Source: Candidatus Binatia bacterium (GTDB lineage: Bacteria; Desulfobacterota; Binatia; DP-6). Taken from it: a stretch of 64,000 nucleotides of DNA. A model generated the notes under the pieces. It worked only from the letters and a program-made list of their open reading frames with translations. It did no database searches and was not told the DNA's origin. The stretch spans positions 1,483 through 65,482 of the forward strand of contig DASYLJ010000101.1 of assembly GCA_036009625.1 (NCBI GenBank). The letters are read 5' to 3'. Positions 9,079 to 20,610 of this stretch are shown here, piece by piece. The first letter of the stretch is position 1. Every line of letters begins with the position of its first letter. The position numbers and the translations under genes are program-made.

Positions 9079-10244
9079 GCGTCGAGCGCCTCCCAGACGG
9101 AGTCGTGCACGCGCGGACGCACCTCGCGAATGCGCTCGTTGCTGCGATGCGGATGCACGCGATTGGTGAGCAGGACGACGTGCGCATCGCGCTCGAGGTC
9201 GATCCAGATCGACGTCCCGGTGAAGCCGAGATGGCCGACGGCACGCTTGCCGACGCGCGCGCCGGCGCTCGACCCGGTGGGCGTCGGCGTGTCCCAGCCG
9301 AGGCACCACGTCGAGCCGGGCGTGGTCTCGTCGCGGGTCCAGAGCTGCTGCATCAACGTGGGCAGGATGAAGTCGTCGTCGCCGCGGTGACACTGGCGGA
9401 GGCGCGTCACGAGGGCGTGCACGTCCGCGGCGTTGCTGAACAGCCCGGCGTGGCCGGCGACACCGCCGATGGACCACGCGTTGTCGTCGTGCACCTCGCC
9501 GCACAGCACGCGGCCGCGCCACGGGCAGCGCTCGGTGGGGGCGATGCGCTCCGTCACCGGGACGATCTTCTGCACCTTGAGGCGCGACAGGTCGACGAAG
9601 CCGGTCGCGTGCAGGCCGAGCGGACGAAAGATGCGCTCCTGGCAGACGCGGTCGAGGCTCGAGTACGTCAGCATCTCGATCAGCTCGCCGAGGAGCATGA
9701 AGCCGAGGTCGCTGTACACCGCCTTCGACCCGGGCTGGTACTCGAGGCGCTCGCGATGGATCTGCTCGTAGACCAGCTCGCGCGCACCGCGGCTCGCGAG
9801 CCAGTTCGGTCGTCCCTGCCGCTCGGTGCGGACGATGTCCTTCCAGAACGGACGCCACGCCGCGAAGCCCGAGCAGTGCGACAGCAGATGGCGCACGGTG
9901 ATGTGCGTCTTTCCGTGCACGCCGAAGTTCGGGAGGAAGCGCGTGATGCGATCGTCGAAGCGAATCTTCTCTTCGCGCACGAGCTGCAGCAGCGCCGTCG
10001 TCGTGGCGAGCGGCTTCGTCAGCGACGACAGGTCGAAGACCATGTCGGGCGTCATCGGCGTGCGCTCGGGCTCGAGGCTGCGCGAGCCGAACGCCGCGTG
10101 CCACACCACCTCGTCGCCACGCGCCACCAGGATGACCGCACCCGGGAACGCCCCCGCCGTGATCGCCCCTTCGAGCACCTCGGCGACGCGTCCGAAGTCG
10201 ACCCGCGTCGAGCTGGCGACCCGGATGGGCACGGCGTTAGACAA
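9075..10244 (-). CDS. beta-lactamase-family serine hydrolase (AmpH/PBP4*-like)
   Basis: SxxK motif (DLSSLTKPLATT), YSD (Y-x-N position) and HLGFTGTS (KTG-box equivalent), typical of class-C-like penicillin-binding hydrolases. Confidence 0.8.
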   Translation of the reverse strand: MSNAVPIRVASSTRVDFGRVAEVLEGAITAGAFPGAVILVARGDEVVWHAAFGSRSLEPERTPMTPDMVFDLSSLTKPLATTTALLQLVREEKIRFDDRITRFLPNFGVHGKTHITVRHLLSHCSGFAAWRPFWKDIVRTERQGRPNWLASRGARELVYEQIHRERLEYQPGSKAVYSDLGFMLLGELIEMLTYSSLDRVCQERIFRPLGLHATGFVDLSRLKVQKIVPVTERIAPTERCPWRGRVLCGEVHDDNAWSIGGVAGHAGLFSNAADVHALVTRLRQCHRGDDDFILPTLMQQLWTRDETTPGSTWCLGWDTPTPTGSSAGARVGKRAVGHLGFTGTSIWIDLERDAHVVLLTNRVHPHRSNERIREVRPRVHDSVWEALDA

Positions 10245-11169
10245 CGGCCGGCTCGAGCGCCGTCAGCCGGCCGCGCGCGGTATCGAGCACGACGCGCGTC
10301 CCGAGCGGGAGCGCCAGGTTCTCGACGTCGTGCTCGGCCGGGTCGTGGCCCGACGCGAGCCCGAATGCGACTGGATACGCGACGTCGGCGAAACGCTCGC
10401 GCACGACGTCGAGCGATTCCACGCCGTCGAGCGAGCGACACGATGCCATCGTACCGAAGACGACCCCGGCGACGCCTTCGAGCCGGCCCGATTGGAGGAG
10501 CTGGGTGAGCAGACGGTCGAGTCGGTAGGGCCACTCGTGGGTGTCCTCGAGGAACAGGATGGTGCCATCGAGATCGGGCGCCCACGGCGTGCCCGCCAGC
10601 GACACCAGAACGGACAGGCATCCACCCACGAGTCGACCCGTCGCCCGGCCCGGGCGGACCTCGACCGGGACGTCGACCTCCCAGAGGTAGTCGGGGTCGG
10701 TGAGCACCCGCAGCAGGTGGTCGCGGGAGTGGTCCGTGATTCCGCGCGACAGGTCGGCCGCCACCATCGGGCCGTGGATGCCAGACACGCCGGTGCCGAG
10801 CATGGCGGTGAGCAGCGCCGTGATGTCGCTGTAGCCGATGACCGGCTTCGGCCGCTGCACGAGACCGGTCAGGTCGAGGGAGGGGATGATCCGCTGGCTG
10901 CCATACCCGCCGCGGGCGCAGAAGATGGCGTCGATGCCGGGATCGTCGATCATGCGCTGGAGATCGCCGCGGCGCGCGTCGTCCGGTCCCGCCAGATAGG
11001 CCTGCCGAGCCAGTACCGCGTCTCCCATCACCACTCGCAGCCCCCAGCCTTCCAGGACCCGCGCACCGGCCACCAGCCGCTCCTCGTGCACTCGCCCCGC
11101 AGGCGCCACCACCCCGACGGTAGCGCCGCGCCGGATGCGCTTGGGCCTTCCGATCGGCGCGTCCGTCAA
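10237..11169 (-). CDS. ldcA: LD-carboxypeptidase (muramoyltetrapeptide carboxypeptidase, S66)
   Basis: ...VGVVAPAG...YLAGPDDARRGDLQRMIDDPGIDAIFCARGGYGSQRI...GYSDITAL...GHD... is the S66/LdcA pattern. 8-nt overlap with the next gene. Confidence 0.85.
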   Translation of the reverse strand: MTDAPIGRPKRIRRGATVGVVAPAGRVHEERLVAGARVLEGWGLRVVMGDAVLARQAYLAGPDDARRGDLQRMIDDPGIDAIFCARGGYGSQRIIPSLDLTGLVQRPKPVIGYSDITALLTAMLGTGVSGIHGPMVAADLSRGITDHSRDHLLRVLTDPDYLWEVDVPVEVRPGRATGRLVGGCLSVLVSLAGTPWAPDLDGTILFLEDTHEWPYRLDRLLTQLLQSGRLEGVAGVVFGTMASCRSLDGVESLDVVRERFADVAYPVAFGLASGHDPAEHDVENLALPLGTRVVLDTARGRLTALEPAVV

Positions 11170-11251
11170 CTTCGCGCCGACTTATCGACTCGTCCCCTGC
11201 AAGTCAACGTAGACCTTGCAAAATCGGAGCCGGGTAACTAAGTCCTCCGGG

Positions 11252-11545
11252 ATGCGCCCGTCCGCATCGCAGATCGAGCGGGTCGCCGCGGCGCTGGTCC
11301 GGCGCCTGGTCGACCAGAAGCTGCTCGAGCTCGACGTCCCGGAGCCCACGGTGCAATCGAGGTTCGTCGCCCTCCTCAACAAGAACTTCGACGAGGAGGA
11401 GGCCATCGAGCGCGAGGCCCAGGCCGAAGCCGAGAAGCTGATCCGCCAGGGCGCCCCGGGTGTCCGCCGCGAGGAGCTCGATCTGCGACGGGTGGAGCAG
11501 CTGGTGAAGCAGCGCATCGCCAAGGCGAAAGGATTCGCGCTGTGA
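11252..11545 (+). CDS. DUF507 family protein
   Basis: ...QIERVAAALVRRLVDQKLLEL...KNFDEEEAIEREAQAEAEKLIRQ... is DUF507-like. Start at the second ATG (11252); the ORF opens at 11216. Confidence 0.7.
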   Translation: MRPSASQIERVAAALVRRLVDQKLLELDVPEPTVQSRFVALLNKNFDEEEAIEREAQAEAEKLIRQGAPGVRREELDLRRVEQLVKQRIAKAKGFAL

Positions 11546-11805
11546 CGCTCTCCGAGGGTCGCCTGTCGTACCTCGCGCACGCCGTCCAGAAGTGCATCGT
11601 CGACGGCAAGCTCGGCCGCGTCCGCAACGACCGATTGTTCCTCAACGAAGCCAAGCAGATCCTGACGGACGCGTTCGACGTCGACGCGCGTCTGGATCAG
11701 GCCGCCCGAGGCCGCATGCCGAAGCGCGTCCTCCCCGGCAGCCGGGAGTGGGACGTGCTCTACCGGCAGTACCTCGAGGAGGAGCGCCGGAAGCTCGGTC
11801 GCTGA
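11542..11805 (+). CDS. DUF507 family protein (second paralog)
   Basis: GTGA overlap with the previous gene. ...RLSYLAHAVQKCIVDGKLGRVRNDRLFLNEAKQIL...SREWDVLYRQYLEEE... is DUF507-like. These genes commonly occur as adjacent pairs. Confidence 0.7.
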   Translation: MTLSEGRLSYLAHAVQKCIVDGKLGRVRNDRLFLNEAKQILTDAFDVDARLDQAARGRMPKRVLPGSREWDVLYRQYLEEERRKLGR

Positions 11806-11818
11806 CGCAAAACCCCGC

Positions 11819-11846
11819 TTGACACCTGGGGGCGTGTGGTTAGGTT
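11819..11846 (+). promoter_or_regulatory. candidate sigma70-type promoter upstream of groES (TTGACA-N16-TAGGTT)
   Basis: Exact TTGACA at 11819-11824, a 16-nt spacer, then TAGGTT at 11841-11846. This is about 115 nt upstream of the groES ATG, in an otherwise GC-rich spacer. Pattern match only. Confidence 0.3.
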
Positions 11847-11961
11847 GCGGCCGCCTCGCAAATCCGGATCGTGATCCTCGACGTCGACGTCACCGTTTGA
11901 CCGTCGATTTTCCTCACGTTCTCGTCACGTTAGCTCGTACAGAAAGGAAGGAGCAGTGGGC

Positions 11962-12255
11962 ATGAAGATCAGACCACTTCAAGATCGCGTCATCGTGAAG
12001 CGACTCGAAGAGGAAGCGCAGAAGTCCAAGGGGGGCATCATCATCCCCGACACCGCCAAGGAGAAGCCCCAGCAGGGCAAGATCATCGCGGTCGGCAAGG
12101 GCAAGGCCAACGACGACGGCAAGATCCAGCCGCTCGACGTCAAGGTTGGCGACGTCATCCTGTTCGGCAAGTATTCCGGTTCCGAAATCAAGCTCGACGG
12201 CGACGAGCACCTGATCATGCGCGAGGAAGACATCCTCGGCGTGGTCGAGAGCTGA
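11962..12255 (+). CDS. groES: co-chaperonin GroES
   Basis: [18 protein letters not shown]...[22 protein letters not shown]... SD GGAAGGAG lies upstream of ATG 11962. Confidence 0.95.
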   Translation: MKIRPLQDRVIVKRLEEEAQKSKGGIIIPDTAKEKPQQGKIIAVGKGKANDDGKIQPLDVKVGDVILFGKYSGSEIKLDGDEHLIMREEDILGVVES

Positions 12256-13917
<1,662 letters not shown>

Positions 13918-13949
13918 TGCCGACCCGTGCTCACTGAGACTGCAGTATC

Positions 13950-13986
13950 CGGGGCCCCCGGGTGGACCTTCCGCCCGGGGGCCCCG
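13950..13986 (+). terminator. stem-loop after groEL (13-bp perfect GC stem, 11-nt loop)
   Basis: CGGGGCCCCCGGG (13950-13962) pairs perfectly with CCCGGGGGCCCCG (13974-13986). It is followed by the moderately T-rich TCGTTTCGGGGTTTCTT. Confidence 0.55.
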
Positions 13987-14061
13987 TCGTTTCGGGGTTT
14001 CTTGACAGCCCCACCCACCTCCAGTAGCGTCCGCCCTTTCCGGCGTTTGGTGTAATTGGGC

Positions 14062-15396
14062 ATGTTTGAATCCCTGGGTGAGAAGTTCGAAGGCTTGTGG
14101 CGGAAGCTGCAGGGCCAGGGAAAGATCAGCGAACGGAACATCGAGGAGGCGCTGCGCGAGGTTCGGCTGGCGCTCCTCGAGGCCGACGTCAACGTCGGCG
14201 TGGTCCGCGACTTCGTAGAGGCGGTCAAGAAGGACGCCCTCGGTCAGGACGTCCTCCGCAGCCTCACGCCGGAACAGCAGTTCATCAAGCTGGTCCACCG
14301 CGAGCTGCAGCGGCTCCTCGGCGGACAGCCCACCACGCTGGATCTCGGCGGTCCGTCGCCCGTTGTCATCATGATGGTGGGCTTGAACGGCGCCGGTAAG
14401 ACGACGTCCACCGCCAAGCTGGCGCGCTGGCTGCGCGACGAGCGCGGACGCCGCCCGTATCTCGTACCCGCCGACGTCTACCGCCCCGCCGCCATCGAGC
14501 AGCTCGGCCTGCTCGCGGCGCAGCTCGGGGTCCCCGTGCATCCGTCCACGGCGGGCGGCGACCCGGTGAACATCGCGCGCGGAGCCGTCGCCGCCGCGCG
14601 GGCGCAGGGCGCCGACGTCGTCCTCATCGACACCGCCGGCCGCCAGACGGTCGACGAGGAGCTCATGGGCGAGCTCGAGCGCATCCGCGCCGCCGTCGAC
14701 CCGCGTCAGATCCTGCTCGTCGCCGACGCCATGACCGGCCAGGACGCCGTCGCCACGGCACAGGGCTTCGGCAAGCGTCTGACGCTGTCGGGCATCCTGC
14801 TCACCAAGATCGAGGGTGACGCGCGCGGCGGTGCCGCGTTGTCGCTGCGCTCGGTCACCGGCAAGCCCATCATCTTCGCGGGCACCGGCGAGAAGCTCGA
14901 CGCGCTCGAGGCGTTCCATCCCGACCGCATCGCATCGCGCATCCTCGGCATGGGCGACATGCTGTCGCTCATCGAGCGCGCCGAGAAGGCCTACGACAAA
15001 GACCAGGCCGAGGCGCTCGGCAAGAAGCTCAAGAAGAACGAGTTCGACCTCGAGGACTTCCGCGATCAGCTGCGCGCCGTGAAGAAGATGGGATCGGTCG
15101 CCGAGCTGCTCGGCATGATCCCCGGCGTCAAGAAGATGCTGAAGGGCGCCGATCTCGGTGGCGCCGACCACGAGCTCAAGCGGGTCGAGGCCATCATCGA
15201 CTCGATGACACGCGAAGAGCGCCGCAACGTCCACATCCTGAACGCCAACCGGCGCAAGCGCATCGCCGCCGGCAGCGGGACGTCCGTGTCCGAGGTCAAC
15301 CGTCTCCTGAAGCAGTTCACCCAAACCAAGAAGGTCCTGAAGAAGCTCGGCTCGGGACCCATGATGCAGGGCATGCCGCCCGGCATGCTTCGCTGA
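14062..15396 (+). CDS. ffh: signal recognition particle protein Ffh
   Basis: MFESLGEKFEGLWRKL aligns with the E. coli Ffh N-terminus. GLNGAGKTTS, DTAGR and TKIEGDARGG are SRP GTPase boxes, followed by a Met-rich M domain. The track ORF opens at TTG 14056. Confidence 0.95.
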   Translation: MFESLGEKFEGLWRKLQGQGKISERNIEEALREVRLALLEADVNVGVVRDFVEAVKKDALGQDVLRSLTPEQQFIKLVHRELQRLLGGQPTTLDLGGPSPVVIMMVGLNGAGKTTSTAKLARWLRDERGRRPYLVPADVYRPAAIEQLGLLAAQLGVPVHPSTAGGDPVNIARGAVAAARAQGADVVLIDTAGRQTVDEELMGELERIRAAVDPRQILLVADAMTGQDAVATAQGFGKRLTLSGILLTKIEGDARGGAALSLRSVTGKPIIFAGTGEKLDALEAFHPDRIASRILGMGDMLSLIERAEKAYDKDQAEALGKKLKKNEFDLEDFRDQLRAVKKMGSVAELLGMIPGVKKMLKGADLGGADHELKRVEAIIDSMTREERRNVHILNANRRKRIAAGSGTSVSEVNRLLKQFTQTKKVLKKLGSGPMMQGMPPGMLR

Positions 15397-15426
15397 CACC
15401 CGAGACCCGAAGAGGAATTCGATCCC

Positions 15427-15687
15427 ATGGTCAAGATTCGCCTCGCCCGCCACGGCAGCAAGAAGCACCCGGTGTACCGCATCGTCGTCGCCAGCTCGGC
15501 ATCGCCGCGCGACGGTCGGTTCATCGAGCAGGTGGGCCTCTACGATCCGACGCGCAATCCCGCCCTCGTCAAACTCGACACGGCGAAGATCAACGCCTGG
15601 CGCGCCAAGGGCGCGCAGCCTACCCAGACCGTGCAGGAGCTGATCGAGAAGCAGGCCGGCGTGACGCCCGCGGCGCCTCCCGCATAG
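15427..15687 (+). CDS. rpsP: 30S ribosomal protein S16
   Basis: [22 protein letters not shown]... Confidence 0.95.
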   Translation: MVKIRLARHGSKKHPVYRIVVASSASPRDGRFIEQVGLYDPTRNPALVKLDTAKINAWRAKGAQPTQTVQELIEKQAGVTPAAPPA

Positions 15688-15730
15688 CCGCACCGGCCCT
15701 TCTGGAAGCTCCGGAGGAGCTGCGACTCCA

Positions 15731-15967
15731 ATGAAGGAACTCGTTCTGTTTCTGGCGAAGCACTTGGTGAACCACCCAGACGCCGTCGAGGTGAAGGAGA
15801 CGCAGGGGGATGCGACCTCGATCCTCGAGCTTCGGGTCGCCAAGGAAGACATCGGACGGGTCATCGGCAAGCAGGGCCGTACCGCCAAATCGATCCGGAC
15901 CATTCTCAATGCCGCCGCGTCCCGTACCAACCGCAAAGTCGTCCTCGAGATCATCGAAGAGCCCTGA
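15731..15967 (+). CDS. KH-domain RNA-binding protein (UPF0109/YlqC-like)
   Basis: ...LELRVAKEDIGRVIGKQGRTAKSIRTIL... contains the KH GxxG motif. It sits in the conserved position between rpsP and rimM. Confidence 0.85.
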   Translation: MKELVLFLAKHLVNHPDAVEVKETQGDATSILELRVAKEDIGRVIGKQGRTAKSIRTILNAAASRTNRKVVLEIIEEP

Positions 15968-15971
15968 CGTC

Positions 15972-16526
15972 ATGGCGCCGGACCGCCGGCTCCCGGGCAC
16001 CACGGTCGACGCGGATCCCACTGCCGTCGCCGTCGCCGAGATCACGGGGGCCCACGCATTGCGTGGCATGCTCCGCGTTCACCCCTATCAGCCGCCGGCG
16101 CCGAGCCTGATCGACGAGCGCGCCGTCCTGCTCGAGCGCGACGGCCAATGGCGCGAGGTCCGCATCGCCCACATTGCGCCTCACGGCGGCGGCAGCGTGC
16201 TGCTCCTGACGCTCGACGAGGTCACCGACCGCACCGCCGCCGAGAACCTGCGTGGCACGCGCATCCTGGTGCGCGAGGCCGACCTGCCGCCCGTCGATCC
16301 CGACGAGTTCTACGTCTACGAAATGCTCGGCTTCGCGGTCGACACCGTCGACGGGCGCCACCTCGGCACCATCGCCGATACCATGGCGACCGGCCTGAAC
16401 GACGTCTGGATCGTGCGCGACGGCACGCACGAGCATCTGATCCCCGTCATCGCCGACGTGGTGCGGACCATCGATCGTGACGCGCGCCGCGTCCTCATCG
16501 ACCCGATGCCGGGTCTGCTGGACTGA
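15972..16526 (+). CDS. rimM: 16S rRNA processing protein RimM
   Basis: Lower part of ORF 15810..16526 from ATG 15972: ...[18 protein letters not shown]...[14 protein letters not shown]...NDVWIVR...LIPVIADVV..., i.e. RimM plus PRC-barrel pattern. Confidence 0.85.
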   Translation: MAPDRRLPGTTVDADPTAVAVAEITGAHALRGMLRVHPYQPPAPSLIDERAVLLERDGQWREVRIAHIAPHGGGSVLLLTLDEVTDRTAAENLRGTRILVREADLPPVDPDEFYVYEMLGFAVDTVDGRHLGTIADTMATGLNDVWIVRDGTHEHLIPVIADVVRTIDRDARRVLIDPMPGLLD

Positions 16527-17260
16527 CGCTGCGCGCGCACGTCCTCACGCTCTTCCCGGAGATGTTCGGCTCGCCGCTCGCGGCTGGACCGCTGCGGCGC
16601 GCGCGGGAGATCGGCGCGCTCGAGGTCTCGCTGCACCAGCTGCGCGACTACGCGGCCGGTCGTCATCTGCAGGTCGACGACGTCCCCTACGGCGGCGGCC
16701 AAGGCATGGTGATGAAGCCCGACCCGCTGCTCGCCGCGATCACGCACGTGAGCGCCGCCGAATCGCCCCGCCGCATCCTGCTGTCGCCGCGCGGGCCGCG
16801 CCTCACGCAGCGTCGTCTCGCGGCGCTCGCGAACGAGCCGAGCCTGCTCCTCGTCTGCGGCCGCTACGAGGGCGTCGACGAGCGAGTTCTGTCCGCCATC
16901 GACGAGGAGCTGTCGATCGGCGACTACGTCCTGAGCGGCGGCGAGTTGGCGGCACTGGTCGTGCTCGACGGCATCGCGCGCCTGCTGCCCGGCGTCCTCG
17001 GCAACGACGCGTCCGCGCCCGACGACTCGTTCGCAACCGGCCTGCTCGAGTATCCACAGTACACGCGGCCGTGGGCGCACGACGGCGCCGAGGTTCCCAC
17101 CGTCCTCGGGTCGGGCGACCACGCCGCCATCCGTCGCTGGCGACGGCAGGAGGCGCTCCGTCTCACGCTCGAGCGCCGTCCCGATCTTCTCGCCACCGCC
17201 CCGCTCGACGCGGCCGACCGGACCTGGCTGCGCAGCCTCGGATGGTGCGACCATGGCTGA
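16523..17260 (+). CDS. trmD: tRNA (guanine37-N1)-methyltransferase TrmD
   Basis: ...[19 protein letters not shown]...[13 protein letters not shown]...[16 protein letters not shown]... The conserved N-terminal TLFPEMF block lies upstream of the first canonical start (ATG 16562). Proposed CTG start is 16523 (CTGA overlap with the rimM stop) or CTG 16529. Confidence 0.9.
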   Translation: MTLRAHVLTLFPEMFGSPLAAGPLRRAREIGALEVSLHQLRDYAAGRHLQVDDVPYGGGQGMVMKPDPLLAAITHVSAAESPRRILLSPRGPRLTQRRLAALANEPSLLLVCGRYEGVDERVLSAIDEELSIGDYVLSGGELAALVVLDGIARLLPGVLGNDASAPDDSFATGLLEYPQYTRPWAHDGAEVPTVLGSGDHAAIRRWRRQEALRLTLERRPDLLATAPLDAADRTWLRSLGWCDHG

Positions 17261-17813
17261 CCTCTACCTGGTGCTCCTCCACCACCCCGTCTACGACAAG
17301 ACCGGGGCGGTTGTGACCACGGCCGTCACCAACCTCGACGTCCACGACATCGGGCGTGCCAGCAAGACGTTCGGGGTCCGTGCCTTCTACGTGTGCACCC
17401 CCGTGGTGACGCTGCGACGGCTGGTCGACCGCATCATCCGTCACTGGGAGAGCGGGCCCGGGGCCACCTACAACGCCAATCGCGGCGAGGCCCTGGCGAC
17501 GGTACGTCAGGCCCCCGAGCTGGATGCCGTGATCGCAGAAATCGAACGGGAAACCGGCACCATGCCCCGTCTGGTGGGGACCAGCGCCAGGTCCGGGCCT
17601 GGCCGGGTGCCGTACGCGGCCATGCGAGAGCGTCTGGACCGCCCGGGGCCGCCCGAGCTCCTCGTCTTCGGGACGGGTTGGGGCTTGGCGGACGAGGTGG
17701 TCGAGCGACTCGACGACCTCCTCGAGCCCATCGAGGGCACCGACGGCTGGAACCACCTGTCGGTCCGCAGCGCGGCCTCCATCATCCTTGACCGCCTCCG
17801 GCACGGACGCTAG
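17253..17813 (+). CDS. predicted SPOUT-type RNA methyltransferase (Methyltrn_RNA_4/DUF2168-like, tentative)
   Basis: [42 protein letters not shown]...[14 protein letters not shown]...[16 protein letters not shown] recalls the predicted SAM-dependent RNA methyltransferase family. ATGGCTGA overlap with trmD. Confidence 0.6.
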   Translation: MADLYLVLLHHPVYDKTGAVVTTAVTNLDVHDIGRASKTFGVRAFYVCTPVVTLRRLVDRIIRHWESGPGATYNANRGEALATVRQAPELDAVIAEIERETGTMPRLVGTSARSGPGRVPYAAMRERLDRPGPPELLVFGTGWGLADEVVERLDDLLEPIEGTDGWNHLSVRSAASIILDRLRHGR

Positions 17814-17815
17814 TA

Positions 17816-18205
17816 ATGCGAATTCCCATGAACACCATCGACCGGATCGAGTCGGAACAGCTGCGCAGCGACATCCCTGCCTTCAAGCCTGGTGACACCG
17901 TCAAGGTGCACGTGCGCGTCGTCGAAGGCGACAAGGAGCGCATCCAGGTTTTCGAGGGCACCGTGCTGGCCCGCAGCGGCGGCGCGAACCGCGAGACGTT
18001 CACGGTCCGCAAGACGTCCTACGGCGTCGGCGTGGAGCGCATCTTCCCGGTGCACTCGCCGCGCATCGAGCGCATCGACGTCGTCATGCGTGGCGCCGTT
18101 CGTCGCGCCAAGCTGTACTACCTGCGCGAGCTGTCCGGTCGCGCCGCCCGCGTGCAGGAAGACAAGCGCGCGAAGGTCGGCGCCACCACCAAAGCCAAGG
18201 CCTGA
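17816..18205 (+). CDS. rplS: 50S ribosomal protein L19
   Basis: ...[33 protein letters not shown]...FTVRK...[11 protein letters not shown]...[10 protein letters not shown]... The true start may be ATG 17828 (MNTIDRIE). Confidence 0.95.
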   Translation: MRIPMNTIDRIESEQLRSDIPAFKPGDTVKVHVRVVEGDKERIQVFEGTVLARSGGANRETFTVRKTSYGVGVERIFPVHSPRIERIDVVMRGAVRRAKLYYLRELSGRAARVQEDKRAKVGATTKAKA

Positions 18206-18212
18206 CGGCCGG

Positions 18213-18587
18213 CTACTTGCTCAGGCCCGCCGCCACGCCGGCGCCCTGAGCCATGCGCGACTGGCCCTCGAAGACCGCGCCTTCCTGAATCACGAGGCTG
18301 CGCGTCTCGACGTCGCCGAACAGGCGACCACCGGAGCAGATCTCGATGCGTGCGGCGCCGATCACCTCGCCCCGCACCTCACCGAGCACGACGAGCTTGT
18401 CGGCGTGCACCGTGGCCTGCACCACCGCTTCCGGACCGATGATGAGCAGGTCGGACGAGCGCACCTCGCCCTTCAGCTTGCCCTCGATCCGGGTCGGGCT
18501 GACGAACGACAACTTGCCCGTGACCTCGGCGTCGGGTCCCAGGGACACGCGCACATCCTGCCACACCTTGGGACCACCCATGAGCAA
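18213..18587 (-). CDS. bactofilin (polymer-forming cytoskeletal protein)
   Basis: Repeating beta-helix pattern: ...AEVTGKLSFVSPTRIEGKLKGEVRSSDLLIIGPEAVVQATVHADKLVVLGEVRGEVIGAARIEICSGGRLFGDVETRSLVIQEGAVFEG... AGGAGG SD upstream. Confidence 0.85.
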   Translation of the reverse strand: MLMGGPKVWQDVRVSLGPDAEVTGKLSFVSPTRIEGKLKGEVRSSDLLIIGPEAVVQATVHADKLVVLGEVRGEVIGAARIEICSGGRLFGDVETRSLVIQEGAVFEGQSRMAQGAGVAAGLSK

Positions 18588-18658
18588 CCTCCTGAGGCGC
18601 GACCTGGACGGAGCATCGCGCGAAGCGGCGGGAGTATAGGGGGGCCGCGCGTGGCTGT

Positions 18659-19650
18659 CTACGTGTCCGCCGGCAAGTCCGCCGGAAAGACGTGGCAGGC
18701 GACGGCGCGCCCGCTGCGCCCGCGTTCGAGCGGCGGCACCACCTGATGACAGACCTGCATCGCGTGCGGGCAGCGCGGGTGGAAGGCGCAGCCGGTGGGC
18801 GGCGCCACCGGGCTTGGTATGTCCCCCGTGACGGCGACCCGATCGACCTGCCGTCGCGGATCGGGTACCGGCACCGCCGACAGCAGCGCTCGCGTGTAGG
18901 GATGGCGCGGATCGCCGTACACCTGCTCGCGCGGTCCGATCTCGACGATGCGACCGAGATACATGATCGCTACCCGGTCGCTCAGATGCTCGACGACGCG
19001 CAGGTCGTGCGAGATGAACAGCATGGTAAGCCCGAGCCGACGCTTCAGGTCCTGCAGCAGGTTCAGTATCTGCGCCTGGATCGAGACGTCGAGCGCCGAC
19101 ACCGCCTCGTCGGCGACGATGAAGCGCGGCTCGACCGCGAGTGCGCGCGCAATGCCGATGCGTTGCCGCTGCCCGCCGCTGAACTCGTGCGGATAGCGAT
19201 CACCGGCGTCGGCCGGGAGCCCCACCAGCGTGAGCAGCTCGCGCACGCGCTGCTCGCGCTCGGCGCGCGTCCCCATGCCGTGGATGACGAGCCCCTCGCC
19301 GACGATCTGCGCGACCCGCATACGCGGGTTCAGCGATCCGTACGGATCCTGGAACACGATCTGCATCGCGCGACGCATCGCGCGCAGCTCGCGGGCGCCC
19401 AGCTCGTAGAGTGAGCGGCCTTCGAAGCGCACGTCACCGGACGTGGGCTCGATCAGACGGAGGATCAGGCGGCCGAGCGTCGACTTGCCGCAGCCGGACT
19501 CGCCGACGAGACCGAGCGTCTCGCCCGGGCGGATGTTGAACGTCACGCCCTCGACGGCCCGCACGACGCCGCTGCCGCGACGGAACAGGCCGCCGCCGAG
19601 CGGGAAGTGCTTGCGCAGATCGCGCACCTCGACGAGTGGTGCCGGAGTCG

Positions 19651-19654
<4 letters not shown>
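18659..19654 (-). CDS. oligopeptide/dipeptide-type ABC transporter ATP-binding protein (OppF/DppF-like)
   Basis: Lower part of ORF 18659..20101 from ATG 19654: Walker [10 protein letters not shown], signature [15 protein letters not shown], Walker [12 protein letters not shown], and the oligo_HPY C-terminal [20 protein letters not shown] overlap with the upstream ATPase. Confidence 0.85.

Positions 19655-20609
<955 letters not shown>

Positions 20610-20610
<1 letters not shown>

Noticed and set aside
6415-9390. 991-aa plus-strand ORF, plus the many 100-400-aa ORFs overlapping slt/mpl
   Set aside because: Arg/Pro/Ala/Gly-rich, with no motifs. It overlaps the well-supported slt and mpl frames. 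It is a GC-frame artefact.
7684-10104. 806-aa ORF treated as a single gene
   Set aside because: Only the lower 465 codons (from MKVHLIAACG, ATG 9078) are Mpl. The upper part is an out-of-frame read of the serine-hydrolase gene. The same applies to the extended tops of ORFs 1118..3394, 18659..20101, 19651..20865, 21390..23456, 34041..35396, 43332..44639, 44944..46758, 46422..47426 and 47479..49287.
11847-11961. Search for a CIRCE (HrcA) operator TTAGCACTC-N9-GAGTGCTAA upstream of groES
   Set aside because: No match was found. Only short unrelated palindromes (GGATC-GT-GATCC) and a CGACGT tandem are present. A sigma32-type -10 (CCCCATNT) is also absent.
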